Shown piece after piece: positions 20,397 to 30,634 of a stretch of 64,000 nt of DNA. How positions within the stretch are numbered: position 1 is the first letter of the stretch; the number at the start of each line of letters is the position of its first letter. Below the pieces are notes generated by a model. That model was not told the origin of the DNA and did no database searches. It worked only from the letters and a program-made list of their open reading frames with translations. The DNA comes from Tagaea sp. (GTDB lineage: Bacteria; Pseudomonadota; Alphaproteobacteria; CACIAM-22H2), in assembly GCA_965279525.1 (NCBI GenBank), contig CBDIIB010000005.1, positions 512,001-576,000 of the forward strand. The letters run 5' to 3'. The position numbers and the translations under genes are program-made.

Positions 20397-20777
20397 TCAG
20401 CCCTGCGACTTCACGAACGCGCCGTAGGCGGCTTCGTCCATCAGGTCCTGGAATTCGGCGGAGTTGCCGGCCTTGATCTTGAAGAACCAGCCCTTGCCGG
20501 TCGGGTCGGTGTTGACGAGGCCGGGTTCGGCGGTCAACGCATCGTTCACGCCGACGACCGTGCCGGTGACGGGCGCGTAGATGTCGGACGCGGCCTTGAC
20601 CGATTCGACCACCGCGGCCTGCGCGCCCTTGGCGAGCGCCTTGCCCGTTTCGGGCAGTTCGACGAACACGACGTCGCCGAGCTGGCCTTGCGCGAAGTCG
20701 GAGATGCCGACCGCGTAGACGTCGCCGTCCTCGACGCGGATCCATTCGTGGTCCTTGGTGAAGCGCAGTTCGGCCAT
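20397..20777 (-). CDS. gcvH: Glycine cleavage system H protein
   Basis: [18 protein letters not shown], and the lipoyl-Lys in VESVKAASD. Confidence 0.96.
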   Translation of the reverse strand: MAELRFTKDHEWIRVEDGDVYAVGISDFAQGQLGDVVFVELPETGKALAKGAQAAVVESVKAASDIYAPVTGTVVGVNDALTAEPGLVNTDPTGKGWFFKIKAGNSAEFQDLMDEAAYGAFVKSQG

Positions 20778-20799
20778 CTTGGTTTTCCTTGTTGGAGTT

Positions 20800-21915
20800 T
20801 CAGCCGCGGAAATAGCGATGCGGAGCGAAGGGCATTGCAACGACCTTGCCGGGCAGCGTCTTGCCGCGCACGACGAGGCCGACCGGCGTGCCCGGGGCGG
20901 CCGAAGCGGTGGCGACATAGCCCATGCAGACCGGCCCGTTGACGCTGGGGCCGAAGCCGCCCGACGTGACCGTTCCGATCTTCGTGCCCGACGCGTCGAC
21001 GATCTCGGTGCCCTCGCGCGCGGGCGCACGGCCCTCGGGAAGAATCCCGACGCGCTTGCGCGACGGGCCGGCCGCCAGTTCCTTCTGGATGCGTGCCGCA
21101 CCCGGGAAGCCGCCTTCGGCGCGCCGGCGCTTGGAGATCGACCAGACGAGGTCGGCCTCGACCGGCGAGGTCGTCGTGTCGATGTCGTGCCCGTAGAGGC
21201 ACAGGCCCGCTTCGAGGCGAAGCGAGTCGCGCGCCCCAAGGCCGATGGGCTTCACTTCCGGCTGGGCCAGCAGCGCTTCGGCCAACGCCACGGCCTTGTC
21301 GCCGGGGACCGAAATCTCGTAGCCGTCCTCGCCGGTGTAGCCCGAGCGCGTGAAAAAGCACGGGATGCCGGCGACATCGCCGGTGCGGAAAGTCATGAAT
21401 TTCTGGCCCGCGGCCGCGGGCGACAGCCGCGCCATCACCTCGGCGGCCTTCGGGCCCTGCAACGCGAGCAGTGCGCGGTCGGCGTGATACTCGATCTTCA
21501 CCTTGCCGCCGATCTTCGCCTGCAGGTGGGCAAGGTCCTGTTCCTTGCAGCCGGCATTGACCACGACGAACAGCCGGTCGCCGCGGTTGGTGATCATCAG
21601 GTCGTCGAGGATGCCGCCTTCGTCGTTGGTGAACATCGAATAGCGGATCGATCCTTCCTTCAGGATCGCGAGATCGCCGGGCACGAGGGTTTCGAGCGCG
21701 GCCGCCGCGTGGGCGCCGTGCAGCGTGACCTGGCCCATGTGCGACACGTCGAACAGGCCGGCGGCGACACGCGTGTGGTTGTGCTCGCCGAGGATGCCCA
21801 TCGGGTATTGCACGGGCATGTCGTAGCCGCCGAACGGCACCATCTTGGCGCCGAGCGACACGTGCAGCGCATGCAGCTGGGTCTTCTTCAGGGCTTCATC
21901 GGCCAAGGGCGACAC
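20800..21915 (-). CDS. gcvT: Glycine cleavage system T protein (aminomethyltransferase)
   Basis: FDVSHMG, RSGYTGEDGYE, GLGARDSLRLEAGLCLYG. Confidence 0.96.
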   Translation of the reverse strand: MSPLADEALKKTQLHALHVSLGAKMVPFGGYDMPVQYPMGILGEHNHTRVAAGLFDVSHMGQVTLHGAHAAAALETLVPGDLAILKEGSIRYSMFTNDEGGILDDLMITNRGDRLFVVVNAGCKEQDLAHLQAKIGGKVKIEYHADRALLALQGPKAAEVMARLSPAAAGQKFMTFRTGDVAGIPCFFTRSGYTGEDGYEISVPGDKAVALAEALLAQPEVKPIGLGARDSLRLEAGLCLYGHDIDTTTSPVEADLVWSISKRRRAEGGFPGAARIQKELAAGPSRKRVGILPEGRAPAREGTEIVDASGTKIGTVTSGGFGPSVNGPVCMGYVATASAAPGTPVGLVVRGKTLPGKVVAMPFAPHRYFRG

Positions 21916-21963
21916 TCCGGGGACAGGACGGCGCTCGACGCCGGCGGGAATGCCGGTGCGCGC

Positions 21964-22160
21964 GCCCCCTCTGTCCTGGGACCTGAAAGAATCGCCCGAA
22001 TCAAAGTACCGGGCTTACCTCTTCGGTGGAGACGGGCCCGAAGGCCCCTCATCGCTTTCCAGAGTACGCTCGCCCGCGCGGTCCTTTTGCCTGAGAGTTT
22101 CCGGGGCGGTTGCTCCTTCGGCGCCCCCGGCGGCGAACCGGAGGTCTCTCCCGCGCGGGA
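21964..22160 (-). ncRNA. Tandem glycine riboswitch
   Basis: Minus strand shows two aptamers directly upstream of gcvT: GGGAGAGA...CGCCGAAGGAGCAA...ACTCTCAGGCAAAAGGACCG and CTCTGGAAAG...CACCGAAGAGG...CTTTCAGG...GGACAGAG. Confidence 0.92.
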
Positions 22161-22286
22161 GTCGCACCCTTACGGGTGCGCGACACCGAACATAGCGGGC
22201 GCCCCTCGCGGGTCAAGGAAGACCGCGCAGGTGGTTGATTCAAATGGCAGGAATTCTGGGGATAATTCGGCGACTCGGGGAAGCGC

Positions 22287-22823
22287 CTAGCGTGCCCCGC
22301 GCTGCGCGCGGTTCCAGGCGACCTGCTCGGCGGTCAGCTGGAAGCCGACGAGGATCTGGAAGGACGGGCCGTCGAAATTGCTCCGGAGCGGGATATGCGG
22401 TTCCCACTGGTCGACGCGGCCGGTGCGCGGGCGATTGTCGGGCCATTCGAAATCGGCGCGGAAGGTTTCCTTGGCGACGATGTTGCGCTCGCCGTCCACG
22501 ATCGCGACGAAATAGGGCAGGCTCGCCTTGCGCGTGCGCTCGGCGGGGCCGCGCTCGGCGGCGAACGCGATCTGCAGGTCGAGCGTGACGGCGGGCTTGG
22601 CGTTGCGGCCCTTGGCGTATTCGCAGGTGATCCTCAAGTCGACGACCTGGCCCTGGACGAGCACGTCGGTCACGTCGCGCCCCGGCCCGTCGCGGAACTG
22701 CACGACAATGTTGGCGTCGGGTACGATCCCGCCCGCGGGACACACGGCCGACATCGCCGAATCGCCCGACGAGCAGCCGGCAAGCAGGGTGGCCGCGAGG
22801 CCGATCGCGAGTGCTGTCCGCAT
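22287..22823 (-). CDS. Conserved lipoprotein of unknown function
   Basis: Lipobox LLAGC, then CP...C and LPYFVAIV...K..F; start coupled to the upstream stop (TGATG). Confidence 0.75.
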   Translation of the reverse strand: MRTALAIGLAATLLAGCSSGDSAMSAVCPAGGIVPDANIVVQFRDGPGRDVTDVLVQGQVVDLRITCEYAKGRNAKPAVTLDLQIAFAAERGPAERTRKASLPYFVAIVDGERNIVAKETFRADFEWPDNRPRTGRVDQWEPHIPLRSNFDGPSFQILVGFQLTAEQVAWNRAQRGAR

Positions 22824-23065
22824 CACGGCAGGTTCTTGTGGCCGCCGTCGCAGAAAGGCTGGTTCTTGCTGGCCTTGCAGCCGCAAAAGAACATCTTCTT
22901 GGCTTCGTCCGCGACGAACTTCATCGGCTGGAAGCCGCTGCCGGCGTGGCTGCCGTCGCAGAACGGCTGCTTCTTCGACAGGCCGCACGAGCACCACCAG
23001 TACGCCTTGCCGGCCTCGACTTCGACCGGATAGGGGGCTTTCTGCGGAACAGCGGGCGTGGTCAT
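22823..23065 (-). CDS. CDGSH iron-sulfur (NEET/MiNT-like) protein with two CDGSH domains
   Basis: [17 protein letters not shown] and [17 protein letters not shown]. Confidence 0.9.
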   Translation of the reverse strand: MTTPAVPQKAPYPVEVEAGKAYWWCSCGLSKKQPFCDGSHAGSGFQPMKFVADEAKKMFFCGCKASKNQPFCDGGHKNLP

Positions 23066-23164
23066 CGGGGGCGGCATCCTCGGAGCGGAAAATGGCGTCG
23101 GGCGGGGCTGGCGCAGCGCTGCGACTCCGGTGTAACTAACGGGTCCGACCTTAGAGAAACCGCC

Positions 23165-24112
23165 ATGCCCGCACAAGCGCCGCTGACCGTTCTGCTCGCC
23201 GGCCCCCGCGGCTTCTGCGCCGGCGTCGACCGCGCGATCCTGATCGTGGAACGGGCACTCGAAAAATACGGCGCGCCCGTCTATGTGCGTCACGAGATCG
23301 TGCACAACCGCTTCGTCGTGGAATCGCTCGAGGCGAAGGGCGCCGTGTTCGTCGACGAGCTCGACGACGTGCCCGGCGACCGGCCGGTCGTCTTCTCTGC
23401 GCACGGCGTGCCCAAGGCGGTGCCGGCCGAAGCCGTGCGTCGCAAGATGTTCTATCTCGACGCGACGTGCCCGCTGGTCAGCAAGGTCCATTCGGCGGCC
23501 GAACACCACCACAAGGCCGGCCGGCACCTGGTGCTGATCGGGCACGCCGGCCACCCCGAAGTCGTCGGCACGATGGGCCAGCTGCCCGACGGCGCGATCA
23601 CGCTGGTCGAGGACGAGGCACAGGCCGAGCGCGTCGCACTGCCGGCGGACCGCGAGCTCGCCTTCTCGACCCAGACCACGCTGTCGGTCGACGACACGGC
23701 CGGCATCGTCGCCGTGCTGATGCGCCGCTTTCCCGAGATGCGCCCGCCGCGCTCGGACGACATCTGCTATGCGACCACCAACCGCCAGTCGGCGGTGAAG
23801 GCGATCGCAGCCACCGCCGACGCGATCCTGGTGCTGGGCTCGCCCAAATCGTCGAACTCGATGCGGCTGGTGGAAGTGGCGCGCCGCTCGGGCTGCGCCA
23901 ACGCCCAGCTCGTCCAGCGCGCGTCCGAGATCGACTGGCCCAAGCTCGGTCCCTTGCGCCGGCTCGGCATCACCGCGGGGGCTTCGGCACCCGAGCTGCT
24001 GGTGCAGGAAGCGATCGCGGCGGCGCGCGTGCACTATGACGTGACGATCGAAGAGGTCGTGACGGCGCGCGAGGACGTGCATTTCAACCTGCCGCGCGTC
24101 CTCGAAGGCTAG
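23165..24112 (+). CDS. ispH: 4-hydroxy-3-methylbut-2-enyl diphosphate reductase
   Basis: [45 protein letters not shown]. Confidence 0.96.
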   Translation: MPAQAPLTVLLAGPRGFCAGVDRAILIVERALEKYGAPVYVRHEIVHNRFVVESLEAKGAVFVDELDDVPGDRPVVFSAHGVPKAVPAEAVRRKMFYLDATCPLVSKVHSAAEHHHKAGRHLVLIGHAGHPEVVGTMGQLPDGAITLVEDEAQAERVALPADRELAFSTQTTLSVDDTAGIVAVLMRRFPEMRPPRSDDICYATTNRQSAVKAIAATADAILVLGSPKSSNSMRLVEVARRSGCANAQLVQRASEIDWPKLGPLRRLGITAGASAPELLVQEAIAAARVHYDVTIEEVVTAREDVHFNLPRVLEG

Positions 24113-24120
24113 GACAGCGC

Positions 24121-25092
24121 ATGGCCGTCTATACCGACGTCGACGACGAGGCGCTGGCCGACTTCCTTGCGGGCTACGACATCGGGCGACTCGTCGGCTA
24201 TCGCGGCATCGCGGAGGGCGTGGAGAACTCGAACTTCCTCGTCGATACCGACCGCGGGCGCTACATCCTGACGCTCTACGAAAAGCGCGTGAAGAAGGAG
24301 GACCTGCCCTTCTTCCTCGGCCTCATGCAGCATCTGGCGGCCAAGGGTCTCGCCTGCCCCACGCCGTTGATGCGCCGCGACGGCACGATGCAGGGCGAAC
24401 TGTGCGGCCGGCCGGCAGCGATCGTTAGCTTCCTTGCCGGCGTGTGGCCCAGGCGCGTGGCGCTGGCGCACTGCGCGCCGGTGGGCGAAGCGCTCGCCTC
24501 GCTGCATCTTGCGGGCGAAGGCTTCGGCCTGAAGCGCGCCAACGCGCTCGGCCCCGCGGGCTGGCGGCCGCTCTTTGACGCCTGCGCGCCGCGCGCCGAC
24601 GAGGTCGAGAAGGGCCTTGGCGCGGAACTTGGCAGCGAGCTTGCGTTCCTCGAGGCGAAATGGCCCAGGGGCCTGCCCGAGGGCGTCATCCATGCCGACC
24701 TCTTTCCCGACAACGTCTTTTTCCTCGGCGACGAATTCTCGGGGATGATCGACTTCTATTTCGCGTGCAACGACTTCCTCGCCTACGACCTCGCGATCTG
24801 CCTCAACGCGTGGTGCTTCGAGCCGGACGGCCAGCTCAACGCCACGAAGGCCCGCCGGCTCGTCGCCGGCTACCGGCGCAAGCGCGAGCTTACGTCCGCC
24901 GAACTCGACGCGTTGCCGGTGTTCGCGCGCGGCTCGGCGCTGCGCTTCCTGCTGACGCGTCTCTACGACTGGCTCAACCACCCGCCCGGTGCCTTCGTCC
25001 GGCCCAAAGATCCCCTCGAATATGCCAAGAAGCTGCGCTTCCATCGCGGGGCCGCGAGCCTCGCGGCCTATGGAATCGAGAGGACGCCATGA
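24121..25092 (+). CDS. thrB: Homoserine kinase type II
   Basis: [34 protein letters not shown]. Confidence 0.94.
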   Translation: MAVYTDVDDEALADFLAGYDIGRLVGYRGIAEGVENSNFLVDTDRGRYILTLYEKRVKKEDLPFFLGLMQHLAAKGLACPTPLMRRDGTMQGELCGRPAAIVSFLAGVWPRRVALAHCAPVGEALASLHLAGEGFGLKRANALGPAGWRPLFDACAPRADEVEKGLGAELGSELAFLEAKWPRGLPEGVIHADLFPDNVFFLGDEFSGMIDFYFACNDFLAYDLAICLNAWCFEPDGQLNATKARRLVAGYRRKRELTSAELDALPVFARGSALRFLLTRLYDWLNHPPGAFVRPKDPLEYAKKLRFHRGAASLAAYGIERTP

Positions 25093-25772
25093 AACGCCAT
25101 CTGATCGCCGCCCTGTTCGTGCTGCTGCCGTCGCTGGCGTTGGCGCAGGCCCCCGACCCGCGTCTTTCCTTGCGCGAAAGTGCGGAGCGCGAGCTGGCGC
25201 AGGACCGGCTCACGGTCTCGCTGCGCGTCGAGGCGACGGCGGCGACCGCTGCCGCCGTCCAGGGCGACGTCAACCGGCGCATGGAGGCGGCCCTTGCGCG
25301 CGCACGCGCCGTGTCCGGCGTGCGCGTCGAAACGACCGGCTACTGGACCTACGAGGAGCGCCCGGCCAACCAGCCGCGCCGCTGGCGCGGGCAGGCCGGG
25401 CTCAATCTCGTGGGCAGCGACACGGGTGCCGTCCTCGCACTTGCCGGCGCCTTGCAGGAAACCGGGCTTGCCATGTCGGGCATGCGCTTCGAGCTCACGC
25501 CCGAATCCGCGCGTGCCGTGCAGGACGAACTGACGGCCGACGCGCTGAGGCGCGTGCGGGCGCGCGCCGACAAGGCCGCCGACGCGATCGGGATGCGCGT
25601 CGTGGGCATCGTCGAGATGCGCGTGGGCGATGCCGGCGGAACCGTGCCGCAACCGCGCCCGATGATGCGCGCTTCCGCGATGGCGGCCGAAGCGGCGGCA
25701 CCGGTCGCCGAGCCGGGCCTTGCCACCGTGCGGATCGAAGTCGAAGCCGTGTTCCGCCTGGGGCCGAAATGA
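25089..25772 (+). CDS. SIMPL (DUF541) domain periplasmic protein
   Basis: Signal peptide, A.RE...D.L, and the alpha/beta SIMPL pattern; ATGA overlaps on both sides. Confidence 0.75.
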   Translation: MKRHLIAALFVLLPSLALAQAPDPRLSLRESAERELAQDRLTVSLRVEATAATAAAVQGDVNRRMEAALARARAVSGVRVETTGYWTYEERPANQPRRWRGQAGLNLVGSDTGAVLALAGALQETGLAMSGMRFELTPESARAVQDELTADALRRVRARADKAADAIGMRVVGIVEMRVGDAGGTVPQPRPMMRASAMAAEAAAPVAEPGLATVRIEVEAVFRLGPK

Positions 25773-26221
25773 ACGACGGCGCCGACGCCGATCTGGTCGA
25801 GCTTTTCACCGACGGGGCGTGCAGCGGCAATCCCGGCCCCGGCGGCTGGGGCGCACTGCTGCGCTGGCGCGGCACCGAGAAGGAACTTTCCGGCGGCGAG
25901 AACCCCACGACCAACAACCGCATGGAGCTGATGGCCGCCATCGAGGGCCTGAAGGCGCTCAAGCGCGGCATGCGCGTGCGCGTATGGACCGACAGCGTCT
26001 ATGTGCGCGACGGCATCACCAAATGGATCCACGGCTGGAAGCGCAGCGGCTGGAAGACGGCCGACAAGAAGCCGGTCAAGAACGTGGATCTGTGGCAAGC
26101 ACTGATCGCCGCGACCGAGGGTCACGAGATCGAGTGGCGCTGGGTCAAGGGCCATGCCGGCCATGTCGAGAACGAACGCGCCGACGCGCTGGCGCGCGGG
26201 GCGATCGCGGCGGTTCGCTGA
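25769..26221 (+). CDS. rnhA: Ribonuclease HI
   Basis: [39 protein letters not shown]. Confidence 0.96.
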   Translation: MNDGADADLVELFTDGACSGNPGPGGWGALLRWRGTEKELSGGENPTTNNRMELMAAIEGLKALKRGMRVRVWTDSVYVRDGITKWIHGWKRSGWKTADKKPVKNVDLWQALIAATEGHEIEWRWVKGHAGHVENERADALARGAIAAVR

Positions 26222-26241
26222 CGAAAGGGCAGGCTGGCAAT

Positions 26242-26257
26242 CGGCACGGGTTTCGCT
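26242..26257 (+). promoter_or_regulatory. Putative sigma54 (-24/-12) promoter of hupE/ureJ
   Basis: CGGCACGGGTTTCGCT (GG-N10-GC). Confidence 0.5.
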
Positions 26258-26296
26258 AGGATCGTTCCCGAATCGTCTTCAGGAGACCGACCCCAC

Positions 26297-26863
26297 ATGC
26301 GCCTCGTTCCCGTCCTTGCCGCCGCCGCCCTGCTCGTTCCCGGTGCCGCCCTCGCCCATACCGGCCACGGCTCGGTCGACGGGCTGGCGCACGGCTTCGC
26401 CCACCCCTTCGGCGGTCTCGACCACCTGCTGGCGATGTTCGCGGTCGGCCTCTTCGCGGTCCGCCTCGGCGGGCGAGCACTCTGGCTCGTACCTGCCGCT
26501 TTCGTGGGCATGATGGCGCTGGGCGGGATCGCCGGGTTCGAGGGGCTGGACGTGCCCTTTGTCGAGACCGGCATCGCGCTCTCGGTCGTCGCCATCGGCA
26601 TCGCCGTTGCCACCGGCTACGTGCCGCCGGTCGCGGCCGCCGCCGCGTTCGTCGGCTTCTTCGCGGTCTTCCACGGCTTCGCGCACGGCGCGGAACTTCC
26701 CGCGGGCGCCGGCGGTCTGGGCTATTCGGCGGGCTTCCTCGCCGCGACGGCACTGCTGCACGCCGCAGGTATTGCCGCAGGATTCACCGGCCCGCGCCTC
26801 GTTCGCGCGGGCGGTGTTGCCGTGGCACTCGCCGGTGCCGTGCTGCTGGCCGGCGCCGTCTAG
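26297..26863 (+). CDS. HupE/UreJ family Ni/Co permease
   Basis: ALAH, GFAHPFGGLDHLLAM, FHGFAHGAE, TALLH. Confidence 0.9.
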   Translation: MRLVPVLAAAALLVPGAALAHTGHGSVDGLAHGFAHPFGGLDHLLAMFAVGLFAVRLGGRALWLVPAAFVGMMALGGIAGFEGLDVPFVETGIALSVVAIGIAVATGYVPPVAAAAAFVGFFAVFHGFAHGAELPAGAGGLGYSAGFLAATALLHAAGIAAGFTGPRLVRAGGVAVALAGAVLLAGAV

Positions 26864-27345
26864 CCGAGCTGCTTCAGCAGCGTCCCGGCGTCCGACACTT
26901 CGAAAGCACCCGGCTTCTCGAGATTGAAGGCTTCGATCTTGCCGTCGACGACATAGGCCGAGAAGCGGCGCATGCGCGTGCCCATGACGTTGGCCGAGCC
27001 GTCCATCTCGATGCCCAGCGCCTTGGCCAGCGCCCCGTTGCCGTCGGCGACCATCGCGACCTTCGTGCCCACGTTCTGCGACTTGCCCCAGGCGTCCATC
27101 ACGAAGGCGTCGTTGACCGACACGCACGCGATGGTGTCGATCCCCTTGGCCTTGAACGCGTCGGCCTTCTCGACGAAGCCCGGCAGGTGCTTGGCCGAGC
27201 AGGTCGGCGTGAAGGCACCGGGCAGGCCGAAGATCGCGACCTTCTTGCCCTTGAAGAGATCGTCGGTCGTGAAATCCTTCGGGCCCTCGGCGGTCATGAT
27301 CCGCATCCGGGCGGCCGGGATCGTCTGGCCCTTTTCGATCGTCAT
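26860..27345 (-). CDS. Peroxiredoxin, Prx5/type II (copy 2)
   Basis: PGAFTPTCS peroxidatic motif, CVSVNDAFVM.AW. Confidence 0.93.
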   Translation of the reverse strand: MTIEKGQTIPAARMRIMTAEGPKDFTTDDLFKGKKVAIFGLPGAFTPTCSAKHLPGFVEKADAFKAKGIDTIACVSVNDAFVMDAWGKSQNVGTKVAMVADGNGALAKALGIEMDGSANVMGTRMRRFSAYVVDGKIEAFNLEKPGAFEVSDAGTLLKQLG

Positions 27346-27379
27346 CGTGCGTTCCTCCTGTATCGCCGGCGGTCGGGTA

Positions 27380-27862
27380 TCAGACCTGGCCGAGCATCGT
27401 TTCGGCGTTCGAGACCTCGAACGCGCCGGGCTTTTCGAGATTGAAGCTCTTGACCGTGCCGTCGACGACGTACATCGAGAAGCGCTTCATGCGCAGGCCC
27501 ATGCCGTAGCCCGTGCCGTCCATCTCGATGCCGAGCGCTTTGGTGAGGTCGGCGTTGCCGTCGGCGAGCATCATCACCTTGTCGCCCACATTCTGCGCCT
27601 TGCCCCAGGCGTCCATGACGAACGCGTCGTTGACCGACACGCACGCGACGGTGTCCACGCCCTTGGCCTTCAGCGCTTCGAAATTCGTGACGAAGCCCGG
27701 CAGGTGCTTGGCCGAGCAGGTCGGCGTGAACGCGCCCGGCAGGCCGAAGATGGCGACCTTCTTGCCCTTGAAGATATCGTCGGTCGTCAGGTCCTTGATG
27801 CCGTCCTTGGTCATCGTCTTGAGCTTCACGGACGGGACCTTGTCGCCTGCCTGGATCGTCAT
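27380..27862 (-). CDS. Peroxiredoxin, Prx5/type II (copy 1)
   Basis: Same motifs as copy 2; tandem paralog. Confidence 0.93.
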   Translation of the reverse strand: MTIQAGDKVPSVKLKTMTKDGIKDLTTDDIFKGKKVAIFGLPGAFTPTCSAKHLPGFVTNFEALKAKGVDTVACVSVNDAFVMDAWGKAQNVGDKVMMLADGNADLTKALGIEMDGTGYGMGLRMKRFSMYVVDGTVKSFNLEKPGAFEVSNAETMLGQV

Positions 27863-27953
27863 GGGGATTTCCTCTTGCCCGGAAGGGCTTTTGGTGGGGG
27901 AGTTCGGATCAAGGATTTAGAGTGGCCGGGGGCCGAATGCAACCCGGGTCCGG

Positions 27954-30038
27954 TCAGCGGGCGGCGGCCTGCGCCAGGGCGCCGAGGACGGCCTCGGCGG
28001 ACAGCAGTTCGGGCAGAGCGAGGCCGCCGGGCGCGCCCGGCCCGTAGACCGCGTTGAACGGGATGCCGTAGCGCCCGAATTCGGCCAGATAGGCGGCGAT
28101 GCGCGGGTCGGGGCGCGTCCAGTCGGCGCGCAAGGACACGACCCCGTCGGATGCGAGTGCGGCCGCGACCTCGGCACGCGACAGCACCAGCCGCTTGTTG
28201 ACCTGGCAGGTCACGCACCAGTCGGCCGTCACGTCGACGAACACGGTCTTGCCCTCAGCCACCGCCACGTCGATCGCACCACGCTCGAAACGTTGCCACG
28301 CGATGGCCGAGGTTTCGGGCGTGCGCTCGGGCACGTAGCCCAGCTTCGGCGGCAGGAACAAGGCGAGCAGCAGCACGCTGGCGACGAGGGCCACGCGCCC
28401 GCGCGCGGCCGGCGCGTTGCGAAGCGCGAACAGGCCGCCCGCGAGTGCGGCCAGTGCTGCGGCCAGCGTGCCGGCGGCGACAACGCCGAGTTGGCCCGCC
28501 AGCACCCACACGAGCCACGCGGCCGTGCCCGCCAGCGCCAGCCCCAACAGCTTGCGCAACACGCCGATCCACGGGCCGGGGCGCGGCAGCAGGCGGGCCG
28601 CCCCCGGGAACGCGGCGACGGCAAGATAGGGGGCGGCAAGACCTACGCCCAGGGCCACGAAAATCGCGAGGATCTGCAGCGGCCCTTGCGCCAGCGCAAA
28701 CCCGACCGCCGTGCCCACGAAGGGTGCCGAGCAGGGCGTGGCAAGCAGCGTGGCGAACGCGCCGGTCGCGAACGAGCCGGCGAGCTTGCGATTGCCGCCG
28801 ATGTCCGAAAGCAGTGCCGGCAGCGGCACTTCGAACCAGCCCCACAGGTTGGCCGCGAACGCGACGACGACCAGCGCCATCCCCGACAGGAACCATGGCT
28901 GCTGGAACTGCAGCCCCCAGCCCACCGCCTCACCGCCGAGCTTGAGACCGACGAGAGCGAGGGCGAGGCCGATGAACGCCGTGACGATGCCGGCGGCCGT
29001 CGCGAGGAACGCCATGCGCACGTCGCGTGCGCGTGTGGCATCGAGCGTGACGACGCTGGCAAGCTTCATCGCGAGCACCGGCAGCACGCACGGCATCAGG
29101 TTCAAGATCAGCCCGCCGAGAAGTGCCACCGCCAGCATCGCCAGCAGCGCCGCCGGCGGGGCTGCGGGTGGCGCATTGCCCAGCGCCACCGCCCGCTCGA
29201 CCGCGCGCACGCCATCGACCAGCGTGAGCGTGACGTCTGCCCCGGCGCGCAAGGGGGCGGCCCCCGGCCCGCCGGCGGCGGGCACGGTCAGCGTTGCCGC
29301 CCGCCCGCCTTCGGCATAGCGCACGACGGGCTTGGCGAAGCTCCAGCCCGCCGGGCCTTCGATATAGACGTCCGGTGCCGCGAACGCCGGCTCGGCGCGC
29401 GCGCGCACGACGATGGCCGCGCCGGGACCGCCGCGGAAATCCGCCCCCTCGACGACGAGCCCGTTGGCCCCTGCCCCGGTCGCATCGACCGGCGGCACGG
29501 CGGAATCGAAGCGCGCGATGTCGTGCGCGTGCGCCGACGGCGTGCCCGGCCCCGCCGGCAGGCCAAGCGCCAGATCCGCGCGATAGGGAATGCACACGTC
29601 GGCGCACACAAGCAGGTCGACGCCGGCCTTCACGTCAAGGGCGGCACCCGGTATCGCAAGCGTCGCGTCGATCGGCAGGATGACCGTACCGCCGTAGCCG
29701 AACGTCTCGAGATCGAACAGTGTGAAACGCTCGGGCACCGGATAGCGCAGCCGGGCGCCACCGAGATTCGCCGACCCCGTCCAGTCGATCTCGACCGGCA
29801 GGCCCGCATCGCCCGGCGAACGCCAATAGGTTTTCCAGCCGGGCTTGAGCGCCATCTCCAGCCCGAGCCGCACGACGGGTGCCGAACCCGTCGCGGTCGT
29901 CGCGGAAACGAGGCGCACCGACACTTCCGGATGGCGTACCCAGCCCGAGGCCGATTCCTGTGCAAGTGCGGGGAAAGCCGCACACAGGAACGGCAACAAA
30001 ACGGCAAGACGGCGGATCTGCAAAAGCATCGAATTCAT
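27954..30038 (-). CDS. ScsB/DsbD family thiol:disulfide interchange membrane protein
   Basis: GWKTYWRSPGDAG and CADVC in the alpha domain, LNLMPCVLP and LATPCSAP in the TM domain, and a TADWCVTC thioredoxin domain. Confidence 0.9.
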   Translation of the reverse strand: MNSMLLQIRRLAVLLPFLCAAFPALAQESASGWVRHPEVSVRLVSATTATGSAPVVRLGLEMALKPGWKTYWRSPGDAGLPVEIDWTGSANLGGARLRYPVPERFTLFDLETFGYGGTVILPIDATLAIPGAALDVKAGVDLLVCADVCIPYRADLALGLPAGPGTPSAHAHDIARFDSAVPPVDATGAGANGLVVEGADFRGGPGAAIVVRARAEPAFAAPDVYIEGPAGWSFAKPVVRYAEGGRAATLTVPAAGGPGAAPLRAGADVTLTLVDGVRAVERAVALGNAPPAAPPAALLAMLAVALLGGLILNLMPCVLPVLAMKLASVVTLDATRARDVRMAFLATAAGIVTAFIGLALALVGLKLGGEAVGWGLQFQQPWFLSGMALVVVAFAANLWGWFEVPLPALLSDIGGNRKLAGSFATGAFATLLATPCSAPFVGTAVGFALAQGPLQILAIFVALGVGLAAPYLAVAAFPGAARLLPRPGPWIGVLRKLLGLALAGTAAWLVWVLAGQLGVVAAGTLAAALAALAGGLFALRNAPAARGRVALVASVLLLALFLPPKLGYVPERTPETSAIAWQRFERGAIDVAVAEGKTVFVDVTADWCVTCQVNKRLVLSRAEVAAALASDGVVSLRADWTRPDPRIAAYLAEFGRYGIPFNAVYGPGAPGGLALPELLSAEAVLGALAQAAAR

Positions 30039-30055
30039 GCTATTCTAGTATAGTC

Positions 30056-30634
30056 ATGCCGCGCTCGCACATCGAGATCCCGACCTTCTTCGCCGGCCAC
30101 CTGCTGGTCGCCATGCCGTCGATGTCCGATTCGCGCTTCGAACGCACCGTCATCTACATGTGCGCGCACAACCCGGACGGCGCCATGGGCCTCGTCATCA
30201 ACAAGCCGTTCGAGCAGCTGAGCTTCCCCGACCTGCTCGAACAGCTCAACATCGATGCCGGCCCGCGCACCAAGCAGATCCGCCTGCGCGCCGGCGGCCC
30301 GGTCGAGGCGGGGCGCGGCTTCGTGCTCCATTCGGACGACTACATGCATGACGGCTCGATGCGCGTGCTGCCGGGCATCGCCCTCACCGCCACGGTCGAC
30401 ATCCTGAAAGCGCTGGCGACCGGTTCGGGCCCGCGCAAGTCGCTGCTGGCCCTTGGCTGTGCCGGCTGGTCGGCCGGCCAGCTCGAAGGCGAGATCCAGC
30501 GCAACGGCTGGCTTACCGTTCCCGCCGACGACGACATCGTCTTCGACCCCGAACTCGATTCGATCTGGGAACGGGCACTGGGCAGGGTCGGCATCTCCGT
30601 CAGCTTCCTGTCCGGCCAGGCCGGGCACGCCTAA
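30056..30634 (+). CDS. YqgE/AlgH (UPF0301) family protein
   Basis: LLVAMP, GAMGLVIN, GGPVE..RGFVLH, GW..GQLE.E...N.W, GHA terminus. Confidence 0.92.
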   Translation: MPRSHIEIPTFFAGHLLVAMPSMSDSRFERTVIYMCAHNPDGAMGLVINKPFEQLSFPDLLEQLNIDAGPRTKQIRLRAGGPVEAGRGFVLHSDDYMHDGSMRVLPGIALTATVDILKALATGSGPRKSLLALGCAGWSAGQLEGEIQRNGWLTVPADDDIVFDPELDSIWERALGRVGISVSFLSGQAGHA

